A stretch of DNA of 64,000 nt from Candidatus Roizmanbacteria bacterium RIFCSPLOWO2_01_FULL_39_19 (lineage in GTDB: Bacteria; Patescibacteriota; Microgenomatia; UBA1406; HO2-37-13b): contig MGAM01000004.1 in assembly GCA_001789725.1 (NCBI GenBank), forward strand, positions 51,913 through 115,912, read 5' to 3'. Below the pieces are notes generated by a model that was not told the origin of the DNA, did no database searches, and worked only from the letters and a program-made list of their open reading frames with translations. Both the position numbers and the translations under genes were made by a program. This document shows positions 1 through 8,455 of the stretch, in pieces. Numbering within the stretch: position 1 is the stretch's first letter; the number at the start of each line of letters is the position of its first letter.

Positions 1-228
1 AACCACCTGATCATTAATAGAAATACAGATTGTATCATGATAGCCCGACACTCTCTTGAAAGAGGGGATGCCTCCTAGTTTTAAAATTATACTTTGGGCA
101 ATTTCATCAACTTTTTTCGTTGTCATTCCCGGCTTCAGTTTTGACTCAACCTCTTGGAAAATTTTTTGGAGGCGAGCTCCACCGTCCTTCATTATCTGTA
201 TCTCCTCATCAGTTTTTAAATGAATCAT
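1..228 (-). CDS. map: Methionine aminopeptidase, N-terminal 76 codons (gene runs off the window start)
   Basis: Own translation from the minus-strand ATG at 226-228: MIHLKTDEEIQIMKDGGARLQKIFQEVESKLKPGMTTKKVDEIAQSIILKLGGIPSFKRVSGYHDTICISINDQVV, a typical type I MetAP N-terminus. It sits in the canonical position after adk. Absent from the ORF track because it is truncated. Confidence 0.8.
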   Translation of the reverse strand, partial: MIHLKTDEEIQIMKDGGARLQKIFQEVESKLKPGMTTKKVDEIAQSIILKLGGIPSFKRVSGYHDTICISINDQVV

Positions 229-239
229 GAGAGTTGTTT

Positions 240-1373
240 TTAGGAGAAATATATCTCTCGATAAACATTTTCCAATTTGTGATAGAGTTCTTCCTTCGTG
301 GAGTCATTTATAATCATGTAGTCAGCAAGAGTAAATGTCGGACCCATGTTAGTGTCTAAAACTTCATTAAAATCTCGCTCCTTACCCGCAAGATCACCTC
401 TGTAATGACGTTTTTTGATCCGATTAAAACGATCTGAAGATTTATCCCACACACCAATAATTACAATGTTTACTTTTGGGAGTTGTTTGTTTAAATAAAC
501 GATTTCTTCATACGAATGAAAGCTATCAATAATAAGGATGTTATTTTTTTTCAAAACGACCGTAATTTTTTTTCTATTTATGACGGCCATAGCTGCCATG
601 CCATATTTTTTTCTGAACTCTACCCTAATTTTTTTGTGGATTTCCTCTGTATTCTCTAGTTTATGTTCGTCAATATAGTCATTAATAATCTGCCCAAAAC
701 GAATAACAGGAATATCCTTTTTACTTATCCACTCAACAATTTCCGTTTTGCCAGAACCGTTTAAACCAACAACGCCAATTATTGTTTTATATTGTCGAGT
801 CCATGCGTGAACCTTATCACCAATAAGCTCTTTTCCTAACTGCTTTAGAATTTCTTTATTGATATTCTTAATAGTTTCCGATCCATCAACTGTAATTAAT
901 TTATTTTGTTTTTTATAAAAATCAACAACCGGTAAGGTGACATCGTTAAATAACTGAATTCTTTTCTGGACTCCTGTTACAGTTTCGTCCGTTCGTGTTT
1001 CATCGCCTCTTCCGGCTATACGCCATAAAGCTTCTTTTTCGGGTAAATCGATAAAAATTATTTTGTCAACTGAATGAGAAAATTCCTTGGCTTGATGAAT
1101 GGTTCTGGGAAATCCATCAAGAATGTATCCTTGTTTATATTCCGATTTGTTTAGGTATTTCTCGACTATTTCGATTGCCTTGTCATCAGGAATTAAAAGT
1201 CCAGCGTTAAGAGTTTCTTTTATATACCGACCCATTGGTGATTTTTCTTTTGCTAACTCTCTGAAAATATGACCGGTTGAGAGATATGGCAACTTCAACT
1301 GATGAGACAAAAGAGTTCCCTGGGTTGACTTTCCTGATCCTTGTATTCCAATAACAACAAAACGTTTTACCAT
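240..1373 (-). CDS. adk: Adenylate/NMP kinase (short-LID type) fused to a second P-loop small-kinase domain (UPF0200 / dephospho-CoA-kinase-like)
   Basis: 377-aa ORF. Residues 1 to ~185 carry GIQGSGKSTQ, LSTGHIFRE, ILDGFPRT and a short LID (RIAGRGDETRTDE, no Zn-knuckle insert). Residues ~195-377 carry a second Walker A (GLNGSGKT), IIDSFHSYEE, RFNRIKKR and RDFNE..MG. Synteny is secY-(rpmG)-adk-map. Confidence 0.8.
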   Translation of the reverse strand: MVKRFVVIGIQGSGKSTQGTLLSHQLKLPYLSTGHIFRELAKEKSPMGRYIKETLNAGLLIPDDKAIEIVEKYLNKSEYKQGYILDGFPRTIHQAKEFSHSVDKIIFIDLPEKEALWRIAGRGDETRTDETVTGVQKRIQLFNDVTLPVVDFYKKQNKLITVDGSETIKNINKEILKQLGKELIGDKVHAWTRQYKTIIGVVGLNGSGKTEIVEWISKKDIPVIRFGQIINDYIDEHKLENTEEIHKKIRVEFRKKYGMAAMAVINRKKITVVLKKNNILIIDSFHSYEEIVYLNKQLPKVNIVIIGVWDKSSDRFNRIKKRHYRGDLAGKERDFNEVLDTNMGPTFTLADYMIINDSTKEELYHKLENVYREIYFS

Positions 1374-1376
1374 TAT

Positions 1377-1556
1377 TTAGTGAAGTTTTTTGCGCTCGAC
1401 ATGTTTGGTTGTCTTGCGACAAGTATTACAATATTTGTTTAGTTGAAGTATTTCGGTTGTTGTAATTCTATTTTTTTGAGTCACGTAGTTTTGTGTTTTA
1501 CATATACTACACATTAAACCTATTTTTTGTCTGGCTCCTTTTTTCTTTTTTGCCAT
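1377..1556 (-). CDS. rpmG: 50S ribosomal protein L33 (Cys-containing, Zn-ribbon form)
   Basis: Own translation (59 aa, below the ORF-track cutoff): MAKKKKGARQKIGLMCSICKTQNYVTQKNRITTTEILQLNKYCNTCRKTTKHVERKKLH. It shows the L33 pattern with CxxC...CxxC. Stop is TAA at 1377-1379. Confidence 0.8.
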   Translation of the reverse strand: MAKKKKGARQKIGLMCSICKTQNYVTQKNRITTTEILQLNKYCNTCRKTTKHVERKKLH

Positions 1557-1650
1557 AAATTAAGTTATAGGTTACAAGTTGCAGGTTTCATGAAATACAA
1601 TTTATTTCTCCTGTTACTTATAACTTTATACTTGAAACTTGTAATATTTT

Positions 1651-2937
1651 TTATCTTGCTAGGCTATCATAACTTTTCATGACGACTTGCGCCTCAATCA
1701 GCTTAAATGTCTCAAGAACGACAGAAACAACAATGAGCACTCCCGTACCCCCTATGATAATACTCTTAATACCCGTTGCTGCAGATAAAACCGACGGCAT
1801 CACCGCTATCAGTCCTAAGAACAATGCCCCGACTGTTGTTATCCTATACAAGACATTTTGCAAGTATGTTTTTGTAGCTGTGCCCGGTCTTATGCCAGGG
1901 ATGAAACCGCCGTGTTTTTGAATTTCGTCCGCGATCTTATCCGGGTTAAATACAATCACCGTATAGAAAAAAGTAAATCCAACAACAAGCAAAAAGTAAA
2001 GAACATTATAAACAATGCCAGTTGGTGTGAAAAGATTTGTTAAGAATGACCCAAATGACACCAACGCGGTATTTTTTGAAACAACTAGAAAGTTGCCAAT
2101 CATCTGAGGAAATAATACGAATGAAATTGCAAATATAATCGGGATAACCCCTGCTTGATTTAGCTTAAGAGGAAGATAGTTGGTTGCTTGTTGATAGACC
2201 TTATTTCCTCTAATTCTTTTAGCATAATAAACTGGCACTTTTCGAATAGCCTCATTAATAAATACAACTGCATATACAACTAAAATGGCGAGAATTATAA
2301 GCATAACAACATTAAGGATGGTCTCTTGGGTAATTGTTGAGATAGTTTGCATGGACACAACGGGAAGTCTTGAAATGATTCCAACAAATATAAGAACAGA
2401 AATGCCATTACCAAGTCCATGTTCGGATATTAATTCTCCAAACCACATCAATATATAACTTCCTGCAGTCAGAGTCGTAACAAAAGCAATAAACTGCAGA
2501 GGCGTCAATCCGGGAACCACTTTCTGGTTGTGTAAAAGCAGATACACCCCAATTGACTGCAAAATCGTGATAGGCAACGCTATTGTGCGGGTATATTGGT
2601 TAATTTTATGGCGACCATATTCTCCTTCTTTAGATAAGGCCTCAAGAAAAGGGAAAACTACTGTTAAAAGTTGCATAATGATTGACGCATTAATATATGG
2701 TCCCAGACCAAGGGCCATAACTGAGAAGTTGATAAGAGTTCCCCCAGAAAAAATATCCAAAAGAGCAAAAAATTGACTTTTAGCAAATAGTTGACGTAAT
2801 GAGCTCAGATCGACAACTGAAACAGGCAAGAAAGCAAAAATGCGGAACAAAGTTATTATGGCAAAGGTGAAAATGATCTTCTTTCTGATTTTGGGATCAC
2901 CAAATGCAAGTTTTAATTTTGATATGATTTCTTTCAT
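1651..2937 (-). CDS. secY: Preprotein translocase subunit SecY
   Basis: 428-aa polytopic membrane ORF with SecY motifs (LGLGPYINASIIMQLL, GNGISVLIF, QAGVIPIIFA). The ATG overlaps the rplO stop (ATGA). Confidence 0.95.
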   Translation of the reverse strand: MKEIISKLKLAFGDPKIRKKIIFTFAIITLFRIFAFLPVSVVDLSSLRQLFAKSQFFALLDIFSGGTLINFSVMALGLGPYINASIIMQLLTVVFPFLEALSKEGEYGRHKINQYTRTIALPITILQSIGVYLLLHNQKVVPGLTPLQFIAFVTTLTAGSYILMWFGELISEHGLGNGISVLIFVGIISRLPVVSMQTISTITQETILNVVMLIILAILVVYAVVFINEAIRKVPVYYAKRIRGNKVYQQATNYLPLKLNQAGVIPIIFAISFVLFPQMIGNFLVVSKNTALVSFGSFLTNLFTPTGIVYNVLYFLLVVGFTFFYTVIVFNPDKIADEIQKHGGFIPGIRPGTATKTYLQNVLYRITTVGALFLGLIAVMPSVLSAATGIKSIIIGGTGVLIVVSVVLETFKLIEAQVVMKSYDSLAR

Positions 2938-3380
2938 AGTAAAACCTTTCCGCCAGCTTTCTCAATTATCACTCGCACGCTGTTGGACGCTTGCATTTTA
3001 ACGGTAAGGGCCCTATCAAGTTTACCATTCCCCTTGATAATTTTAACACCAAATCTTGAGGCTTCATCATCAACAATTTTTTTTAAAATTAAAGCATCAA
3101 CTGTAACCTCCATATTATTACTGAAAATATTTAAAACATCATGATGAATAATCAATGGTTTTTTAAAGTAAGACTTATTTTTCCCTTTGCCTCGCAAGAG
3201 TGGAAGTTTTTTGGTTAGTTTATTTTGTCCTCCTTCAAAAAATAGGGGGATTTTTTCCTTTGCATGTTGGTGACGCTTCGTCCCACGGGTAGACTTGGCA
3301 CCAAGTCCAGACCCTGTGCCCCGTCCTAAACGTTTTCTTGACTGCATTTTTATTTTTGGTAAAGTATGAATTGATTTCAT
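2934..3380 (-). CDS. rplO: 50S ribosomal protein L15
   Basis: N-terminal RKRLGRGTGSGLGAKSTRG and C-terminal IIEKAGGKVLL, ending at TGA at the conserved L15 C-terminus. Lies directly after rpsE. Confidence 0.9.
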   Translation of the reverse strand: MKSIHTLPKIKMQSRKRLGRGTGSGLGAKSTRGTKRHQHAKEKIPLFFEGGQNKLTKKLPLLRGKGKNKSYFKKPLIIHHDVLNIFSNNMEVTVDALILKKIVDDEASRFGVKIIKGNGKLDRALTVKMQASNSVRVIIEKAGGKVLL

Positions 3381-3848
3381 TTATTTTTTTATTTGTCTCA
3401 AACTTTTTAATGCCAAAATAGTGGCATAAGCATTATTAATTTTATTTCTTGAGCGAATAATTTTAGCGCTGGCATTGTCAACGCCGGCTAGATTTAAAAT
3501 CGACCGCACTACGCTACCAACTTTCAAACCGGCTCCGCGAGGCGCTGGTTTAAGAAGAATTGTTGCTGCTTTGTATTTAACTCTAACACTCTGAGGAATT
3601 GTAGTACCAGTAATGGGTAAAGTGATTATTGACTTTTTTGCCTTACTTATTGCCTTGGCAATAGCAGATGGAACCTCAAGAGATCTGGCTAGTCCTAAAC
3701 CGACTCTATTTTTGTGATCCCCAATAGCAACAAGGGCTGAAAACGTAATATAGTTGCCTCCGGGAGTTTTTTTGGAAATCCGTCGTATAACTAAAACCTT
3801 CTCATCAAACTCTGATTTTGTTTCCCTTACAAATTTCTTATCTATCAT
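3381..3848 (-). CDS. rpsE: 30S ribosomal protein S5
   Basis: Contains VIRRISKKTPGGNYITFSALVAIGD and GAGLKVGSVVRSILNLAGV. I chose the ATG at 3846-3848 (MIDKKF...), because the track start at 3896 would overlap rplR by 44 nt. Confidence 0.9.
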   Translation of the reverse strand: MIDKKFVRETKSEFDEKVLVIRRISKKTPGGNYITFSALVAIGDHKNRVGLGLARSLEVPSAIAKAISKAKKSIITLPITGTTIPQSVRVKYKAATILLKPAPRGAGLKVGSVVRSILNLAGVDNASAKIIRSRNKINNAYATILALKSLRQIKK

Positions 3849-3852
3849 AGTT

Positions 3853-4203
3853 TTAAATTGTAATTCCTGAATCACGAATTGCCTCAGCCAGTGCACGTAC
3901 TCTGCCTAAATAACGATTTCTGCCTCTGTCAAAAACAACCGAAGTTATTTTTAGTTGTTTAAGATTTTCCGCTAATTGCCTGCCAACTAATGCTGCCTTT
4001 TCAGTTTTTGTACCATCAAGGCCTCCTCTATCAGTTCCATGAGAAATTGTCTTATGCAAGCCATCATCAATTACCTGAATAAACAGGTGTTTACTGGAAC
4101 GATAAACACTAATACGAGGTCGTGTTGACGTTCCAATAATCTTAAAGCTCACTCTTTTCTTTCGCCTTTTTTGTCTAATTAATTTTAATTTTTGTTCCGA
4201 CAT
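3853..4203 (-). CDS. rplR: 50S ribosomal protein L18
   Basis: Contains RPRISVYRSSKHLFIQVIDD and VFDRGRNRYLGRVRALAEAIRDSG, with matching synteny. Confidence 0.9.
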   Translation of the reverse strand: MSEQKLKLIRQKRRKKRVSFKIIGTSTRPRISVYRSSKHLFIQVIDDGLHKTISHGTDRGGLDGTKTEKAALVGRQLAENLKQLKITSVVFDRGRNRYLGRVRALAEAIRDSGITI

Positions 4204-4210
4204 ATTATTC

Positions 4211-4753
4211 TCAAGCTGTTTTAGCTTTTTTCCCAGGTTTTAACTTAATATATTCACCTTCATACCTTAACCCCTTGCCTTTATATGCGTCGGGACGCCT
4301 TAAAGACCTTAATTTAAATGCAATCTCTCCAACATATTGCTTATCAATGCCAAAAACGTAAACCTTATTGTTTCCTTCAATTTTAAACTCGATATTTTCG
4401 GGTTTTTTAAAAACTACCGGATGAGAATAACCTAATTCAAACAATAAATCTTCTCCTTGCTGTTTTACTCTATATCCAGTACCTACAACCTCCAGAGTTT
4501 TTTTCCATGGATTAACAACACCTTGAACGGCGTTTGAAACTAGGCTTCGGGTAAGGCCATGTAACGCATGAACTTTCTTTGTATTATTGACTCTTTTTAC
4601 CGTCAAAATATTCTCACTTTGAGTTACCGTTATCATTGGAGAGACTTCAACAACAAGTTCCCCCTTGGGACCGTTTACCTTTACTTGCTTCCCTTCAATT
4701 GACACGGTTACTCCAAGTGGCAAAGTTATAGCTTTTTCACCGATTTTTGACAT
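4211..4753 (-). CDS. rplF: 50S ribosomal protein L6
   Basis: Contains MSKIGEKAITLPLGVTV...GPKGEL and LRRPDAYKGKGLRYEGE. Stop is TGA. Confidence 0.9.
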   Translation of the reverse strand: MSKIGEKAITLPLGVTVSIEGKQVKVNGPKGELVVEVSPMITVTQSENILTVKRVNNTKKVHALHGLTRSLVSNAVQGVVNPWKKTLEVVGTGYRVKQQGEDLLFELGYSHPVVFKKPENIEFKIEGNNKVYVFGIDKQYVGEIAFKLRSLRRPDAYKGKGLRYEGEYIKLKPGKKAKTA

Positions 4754-4781
4754 ATTTTTTATTTATAGTGAGCTAGTTGAA

Positions 4782-5171
4782 CTACCAAATTTCAAACAAT
4801 GCTTCGCCTCCAACTTGGGCGTCTTTCGCTTGAGTGTCTGTCATAAGCCCTTTTGGGGTTGACAAAATTGCAACTCCTAATCCACCTAAAACTGATTTTA
4901 TCTCTTTGTGTTTTCGGTAAATACGACGGCCTGGTTTGGATAATAACTTAACTTCCCTGACAGCAGGGTCATTATCAATATATAGAAGACCAATATTCAG
5001 TCTTTTTTTGCCGTTTTCATCAATCACCTCATAGGATTTAATGAATCCTGAAATTTTCAAAAGTTCTACAACTCCCTCATTGATTTTTGACCAACGGGCT
5101 TCAATGTTATCTCTTTTGGCCATGTAGCCATTTTTTATCCTAATTATTAGATCGTTAGTAAGCAAGCTCAT
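4782..5171 (-). CDS. rpsH: 30S ribosomal protein S8
   Basis: Contains DLIIRIKNGYMAK and GVAILSTPKGLMTD..A....GGEALFEIW. Confidence 0.9.
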   Translation of the reverse strand: MSLLTNDLIIRIKNGYMAKRDNIEARWSKINEGVVELLKISGFIKSYEVIDENGKKRLNIGLLYIDNDPAVREVKLLSKPGRRIYRKHKEIKSVLGGLGVAILSTPKGLMTDTQAKDAQVGGEALFEIW

Positions 5172-5179
5172 ATTTAAAA

Positions 5180-5464
5180 TTAGGTTTTTTCAATAACTCT
5201 TTTTGTAACTTTTCCATGACTTCTAAATGTTCTTGATGGTGCAAACTCGCCCAATCGATGTCCTACCATAGATTCAGAAATAAATACCTCAATGAATTTT
5301 CTGCCATTATAAACCGAAAATCTATGTCCAACAAAATCAGGCGCAATATGACAGGCTCTTGCCCATATTTTAATCGGCGATCTGTCTCCAGATTCTTTTT
5401 GTACTCCGACTTTTTTTACTATTTTTTCGTCTAAGTAGGGACCTTTTTTTAATGATCGTGACAT
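5180..5464 (-). CDS. rpsS: 30S ribosomal protein S19, in a non-canonical position
   Basis: MSRSLKKGPYLDEKIVKKV...IKIWARACHIAPDFVGHRFSVYNGRKFIEVFISESMVGHRLGEFAPSRTFRSHG aligns along its length with the S19 pattern (MPRSLKKGPF...VHNGR...V.EMVGHKLGEFAPTR). Confidence 0.9.
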   Translation of the reverse strand: MSRSLKKGPYLDEKIVKKVGVQKESGDRSPIKIWARACHIAPDFVGHRFSVYNGRKFIEVFISESMVGHRLGEFAPSRTFRSHGKVTKRVIEKT

Positions 5465-5468
5465 ATTA

Positions 5469-5654
5469 TTACCAAGAAATTTTTCTAATACCAGGAATTT
5501 GTCCTTCTAATGCTTTTTCTCTAAAGCAAATACGGCAAATTCCAAATCGTCTCATATATCCTCGATTGCGACCGCACAATGTGCAACGATTAACAAAGCG
5601 TGTTGCATATTTTTGTTCTTTTTTAAACTTTACGACATTTGATTTTTTAGCCAT
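5469..5654 (-). CDS. rpsN: 30S ribosomal protein S14, short type Z (Zn-binding)
   Basis: 61 aa with CTLCGR...CRICFRE, lying after rplE. Confidence 0.9.
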   Translation of the reverse strand: MAKKSNVVKFKKEQKYATRFVNRCTLCGRNRGYMRRFGICRICFREKALEGQIPGIRKISW

Positions 5655-5657
5655 AGT

Positions 5658-6209
5658 TTATTGCGTGTTAATTGATTCTATAACTGGCATACCAAACGCT
5701 TTAAGCAGTGTTATTGCATGGCTTTTATCGATTGATCTATTTACGATAGTGATTTCCAGTCCTCTAATTTTGTCTATTGTATCATAGTCAATTTCGGGAA
5801 AGAGTGTTTGGTCGGTAATTCCAATATTTAAATTGCCATGTGAGTCAAAATTTTTAATAGGAACTCCTTTGAACTCTCTAATTCTTGGCAGAACTATTTT
5901 AATTAACTTTTCCAGAAAATCATACATTTTTGCACCCCTCAATGTTACTTTTGTCCCTATTGGCAACCCTGCCCTTATTTTGAATGCTGAAATTGATCTT
6001 TTAGCTTTAGTAATTATTGGTTTTTGACCGCTTATTTTCATTAAATCCTCAGTGGCATGTGGTAATACGTTTTTATTTGACGCCGCCTCACCTACTCCAA
6101 TGTTAAGAACTATCTTTTCAACCCTGGGCGCTATATAAGGATTTTCAAGCTTGAGTTCGCTGATTAATTTAGGCAAAACTTCAGTTGTATAATAGTCTTT
6201 AAATTTCAT
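5658..6209 (-). CDS. rplE: 50S ribosomal protein L5
   Basis: Contains NPYIAPRVEKIVLNIGVGEA and SAFKIRAGLPIGTKVTLRG. Confidence 0.9.
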   Translation of the reverse strand: MKFKDYYTTEVLPKLISELKLENPYIAPRVEKIVLNIGVGEAASNKNVLPHATEDLMKISGQKPIITKAKRSISAFKIRAGLPIGTKVTLRGAKMYDFLEKLIKIVLPRIREFKGVPIKNFDSHGNLNIGITDQTLFPEIDYDTIDKIRGLEITIVNRSIDKSHAITLLKAFGMPVIESINTQ

Positions 6210-6212
6210 GGT

Positions 6213-6518
6213 TTACAATTCGCTCTTACATTTACGACAAATTCTAAAACGTTTTTTTTGATCAACCTTTATTGCAACACGGATGAACTTGCCACATTTT
6301 GGGCAAATTAGCATAACTTTTGACGTATCCAGAGGTCTTGGAATGTCGACAATGCCCCCTTGAGGCGCTTTCTCGCTTTTTTTGATATGACGCTTGTACA
6401 TATTAATACTTGGTATTAATACTTTATTTTGCTTAACATAAACCCGTTCGATAGTTCCTTTTTTTCCTTTGTCTTTTCCTGTAGTTACAATTATTTTGTC
6501 ACCTTTTTTAAGTTTCAT
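6213..6518 (-). CDS. rplX: 50S ribosomal protein L24 (C-terminal CxxC...CxxC)
   Basis: Contains MKLKKGDKIIVTTGKDKGKKGTI and a KOW motif. The C-terminus is ICPKCGKFIRV...ICRKCKSEL. Confidence 0.9.
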   Translation of the reverse strand: MKLKKGDKIIVTTGKDKGKKGTIERVYVKQNKVLIPSINMYKRHIKKSEKAPQGGIVDIPRPLDTSKVMLICPKCGKFIRVAIKVDQKKRFRICRKCKSEL

Positions 6519-6526
6519 AGTATTTT

Positions 6527-6901
6527 TTAGTAAATTTCTGCTGCCTGACTTACAATTTTATTAAATCCAAGATCTTTAATTTCCCGTGCTAACGGTCCAA
6601 AAAAACGAGTACCACGGGGTTCTTTTGATCCTTTACCGGCAACTAACGCACAAGCATTATCATCAAATCTTATATATGATCCATCGTATCTTTTTCTCTC
6701 TTTTCTGACTCTGACAACAACAGCATGCACAACATCACCCTTCTTAGCCTGGCCATGGGGATCGGCAACTTTTACAACAACCGTGACAATATCCCCAAGA
6801 GTTGCTACCTTTTTATTTCCCCGACCCGGAATACCGATCATTTGAACAACTCTGGCTCCGGTATTATCAGCAACAGTTAATAATGAACGTAAACGTAACA
6901 T
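6527..6901 (-). CDS. rplN: 50S ribosomal protein L14
   Basis: Contains LTVADNTGAR...IRFDDNACALV...PRGTRFFGPLAREI. Confidence 0.95.
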   Translation of the reverse strand: MLRLRSLLTVADNTGARVVQMIGIPGRGNKKVATLGDIVTVVVKVADPHGQAKKGDVVHAVVVRVRKERKRYDGSYIRFDDNACALVAGKGSKEPRGTRFFGPLAREIKDLGFNKIVSQAAEIY

Positions 6902-6905
6902 ATTT

Positions 6906-7145
6906 TTAAGAGGTTAATTTTTCAATTACTCTAAATCTTTTATTTTTAGAAATGGGTCGGCACTCCTGAATTTTCACTATCGCCCCTTCAGTTATTGTGT
7001 GATCGTTCGTATCAGCCAAATATTTCTTATGGCGAACAATTGTTTTTTTGTATAATTTATGACGATAAGCTCGTTCAACTTCGACGCTTACCGTGTTTTG
7101 CATTTTGGCCGACACTATTTTACCTATAAATGTTTTAGCTGCCAT
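6906..7145 (-). CDS. rpsQ: 30S ribosomal protein S17
   Basis: Contains GKIVSAKMQNTVSVEVERAYRHKLYKK...KKY.ADTN, with matching synteny. Confidence 0.9.
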   Translation of the reverse strand: MAAKTFIGKIVSAKMQNTVSVEVERAYRHKLYKKTIVRHKKYLADTNDHTITEGAIVKIQECRPISKNKRFRVIEKLTS

Positions 7146-7356
7146 TATTGAACACCCGCAACTGCTTTTTTTCGTTTAGAGCAGTTGACATAATTGCTAA
7201 TTTTTGTTTTTTATTTGAAATTAAGTTAACGTCCTTTGGTTTGCTGGTTGAGAATGTTAATATATCATGGGCTATTTCAGTCCTAAGGTCGATAATCTCT
7301 TTTTCAAGTGTCTTAACATCTTTCTCCCAAATTTTGCGCTTTGTATCTCGTTTCAT
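7135..7356 (-). CDS. rpmC: 50S ribosomal protein L29
   Basis: A 73-aa helical ORF between rplP and rpsQ. The call rests mainly on position. Confidence 0.75.
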   Translation of the reverse strand: MKRDTKRKIWEKDVKTLEKEIIDLRTEIAHDILTFSTSKPKDVNLISNKKQKLAIMSTALNEKKQLRVFNNGS

Positions 7357-7763
7357 ATATGTTTACCAATAAATTTTGTTTTTACAGATAATTTTGATGT
7401 GACATTTTTTAGGATGCGCCTGGCATCAACCTCATCAAGGCCATCAAGTTCAAATAAAACTCTTCCCGGAACAACAGAGGCGACAAAATGCGAAACGTCC
7501 CCTTTTCCTGATCCCATCGTGACTTCAGGTGGCTTTTTGGTGTATGGTTTGTCAGGAAAAATACGAATCCAGAATTTTCCTATCTTTCGGGTGGCCCGAG
7601 CTAAAACAACACGAGAGGATTCAATTTGTCTATCAGTAATCCATGAGGGTTCGAGTGTTTTTATCCCAAATGATCCAAAGTTAAGATCGTTACCCTTAAT
7701 GGCGATCTTTCGCCACACTCCTCTAAATTGTTTTCTGTGTTTTTGACGTTTTGGTTGTAACAT
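7353..7763 (-). CDS. rplP: 50S ribosomal protein L16
   Basis: Contains MLQPKRQKHRKQFRG...PEVTMGSGKG. I chose the ATG at 7761-7763, just after the rpsC stop. Confidence 0.9.
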   Translation of the reverse strand: MLQPKRQKHRKQFRGVWRKIAIKGNDLNFGSFGIKTLEPSWITDRQIESSRVVLARATRKIGKFWIRIFPDKPYTKKPPEVTMGSGKGDVSHFVASVVPGRVLFELDGLDEVDARRILKNVTSKLSVKTKFIGKHI

Positions 7764-7765
7764 AA

Positions 7766-8407
7766 TTATCTTGCAATCCACACTTTAACTCCTACATATC
7801 CTGATCGGGTAAGAGCTGGGACCCGAGCAAAGTCAACATCTTCTCTTATTGTTGACGCAGGAACTGATCCTTCAAAATATTTCTCAGTTCTGCCAATTAT
7901 TGTTCCGGCTATACGACCAGCAAGCTGAATTTTTACTCCTTTTGCTCCTGACTCCATTACCTTATTCATACTTAAGTGGACTACACGACGATGAGGAAGA
8001 TTTCTGACTAATTTTGACGCTACTTCGCTGGCAACATAGTACGCATTTAGATATGGCTTTTTAACTGGTTCTATTTTAAATTCTGTTTTAATTTTGTCTT
8101 TATCAGCCCTCATCTCTCCAACTACGCCTAAAATAAATTTTTTAACATCCTCAAGTCCTTTCCCTCCTCGTCCAATAATCATTCCCGGTTTAACAGCATG
8201 GATTATAACAGTAATTCTATTGATAGCACGCTCTATCTCAACCTGTGTCACATGGGCAAAACCAAATTTCTTCATTACTCCATCGCGGACCTTAATATCT
8301 TCAATTAGGCTATCTCTATACATCTTTTTATCAGAAAAAAGCCAACGAGAATCCCACATTTTCGTTATTCCTAGTCGCAGTCCTTTTGGGTGAACTTTCT
8401 GTCCCAT
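7766..8407 (-). CDS. rpsC: 30S ribosomal protein S3
   Basis: Contains MGQKVHPKGLRLGI...W.SRW and a KH domain (GMIIGRGGKGLE). Confidence 0.95.
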   Translation of the reverse strand: MGQKVHPKGLRLGITKMWDSRWLFSDKKMYRDSLIEDIKVRDGVMKKFGFAHVTQVEIERAINRITVIIHAVKPGMIIGRGGKGLEDVKKFILGVVGEMRADKDKIKTEFKIEPVKKPYLNAYYVASEVASKLVRNLPHRRVVHLSMNKVMESGAKGVKIQLAGRIAGTIIGRTEKYFEGSVPASTIREDVDFARVPALTRSGYVGVKVWIAR

Positions 8408-8455
8408 AATTTTTTTAAATTCTAAATAATTTCTAAAAAGGTTAAATTTATTAAA

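Noticed and set aside
1557-1650. A long-range 9-bp inverted repeat (TTACAAGTT at 1572-1580 and AACTTGTAA at 1636-1644) in the secY-rpmG spacer, considered as a possible processing or regulatory stem.
   Set aside because: The stem is AT-rich, encloses 55 nt, and has no U-tract or supporting secondary features. It could easily arise by chance in this composition.
6213-6320. L24 C-terminus carries CPKCG...CRKCK, considered as a possibly novel Zn ribbon.
   Set aside because: I recall similar Cys-bearing L24 C-termini in other bacteria (e.g. Thermus-like CPxCG...CxxCG), so it is probably a known variant. This was not verified here.
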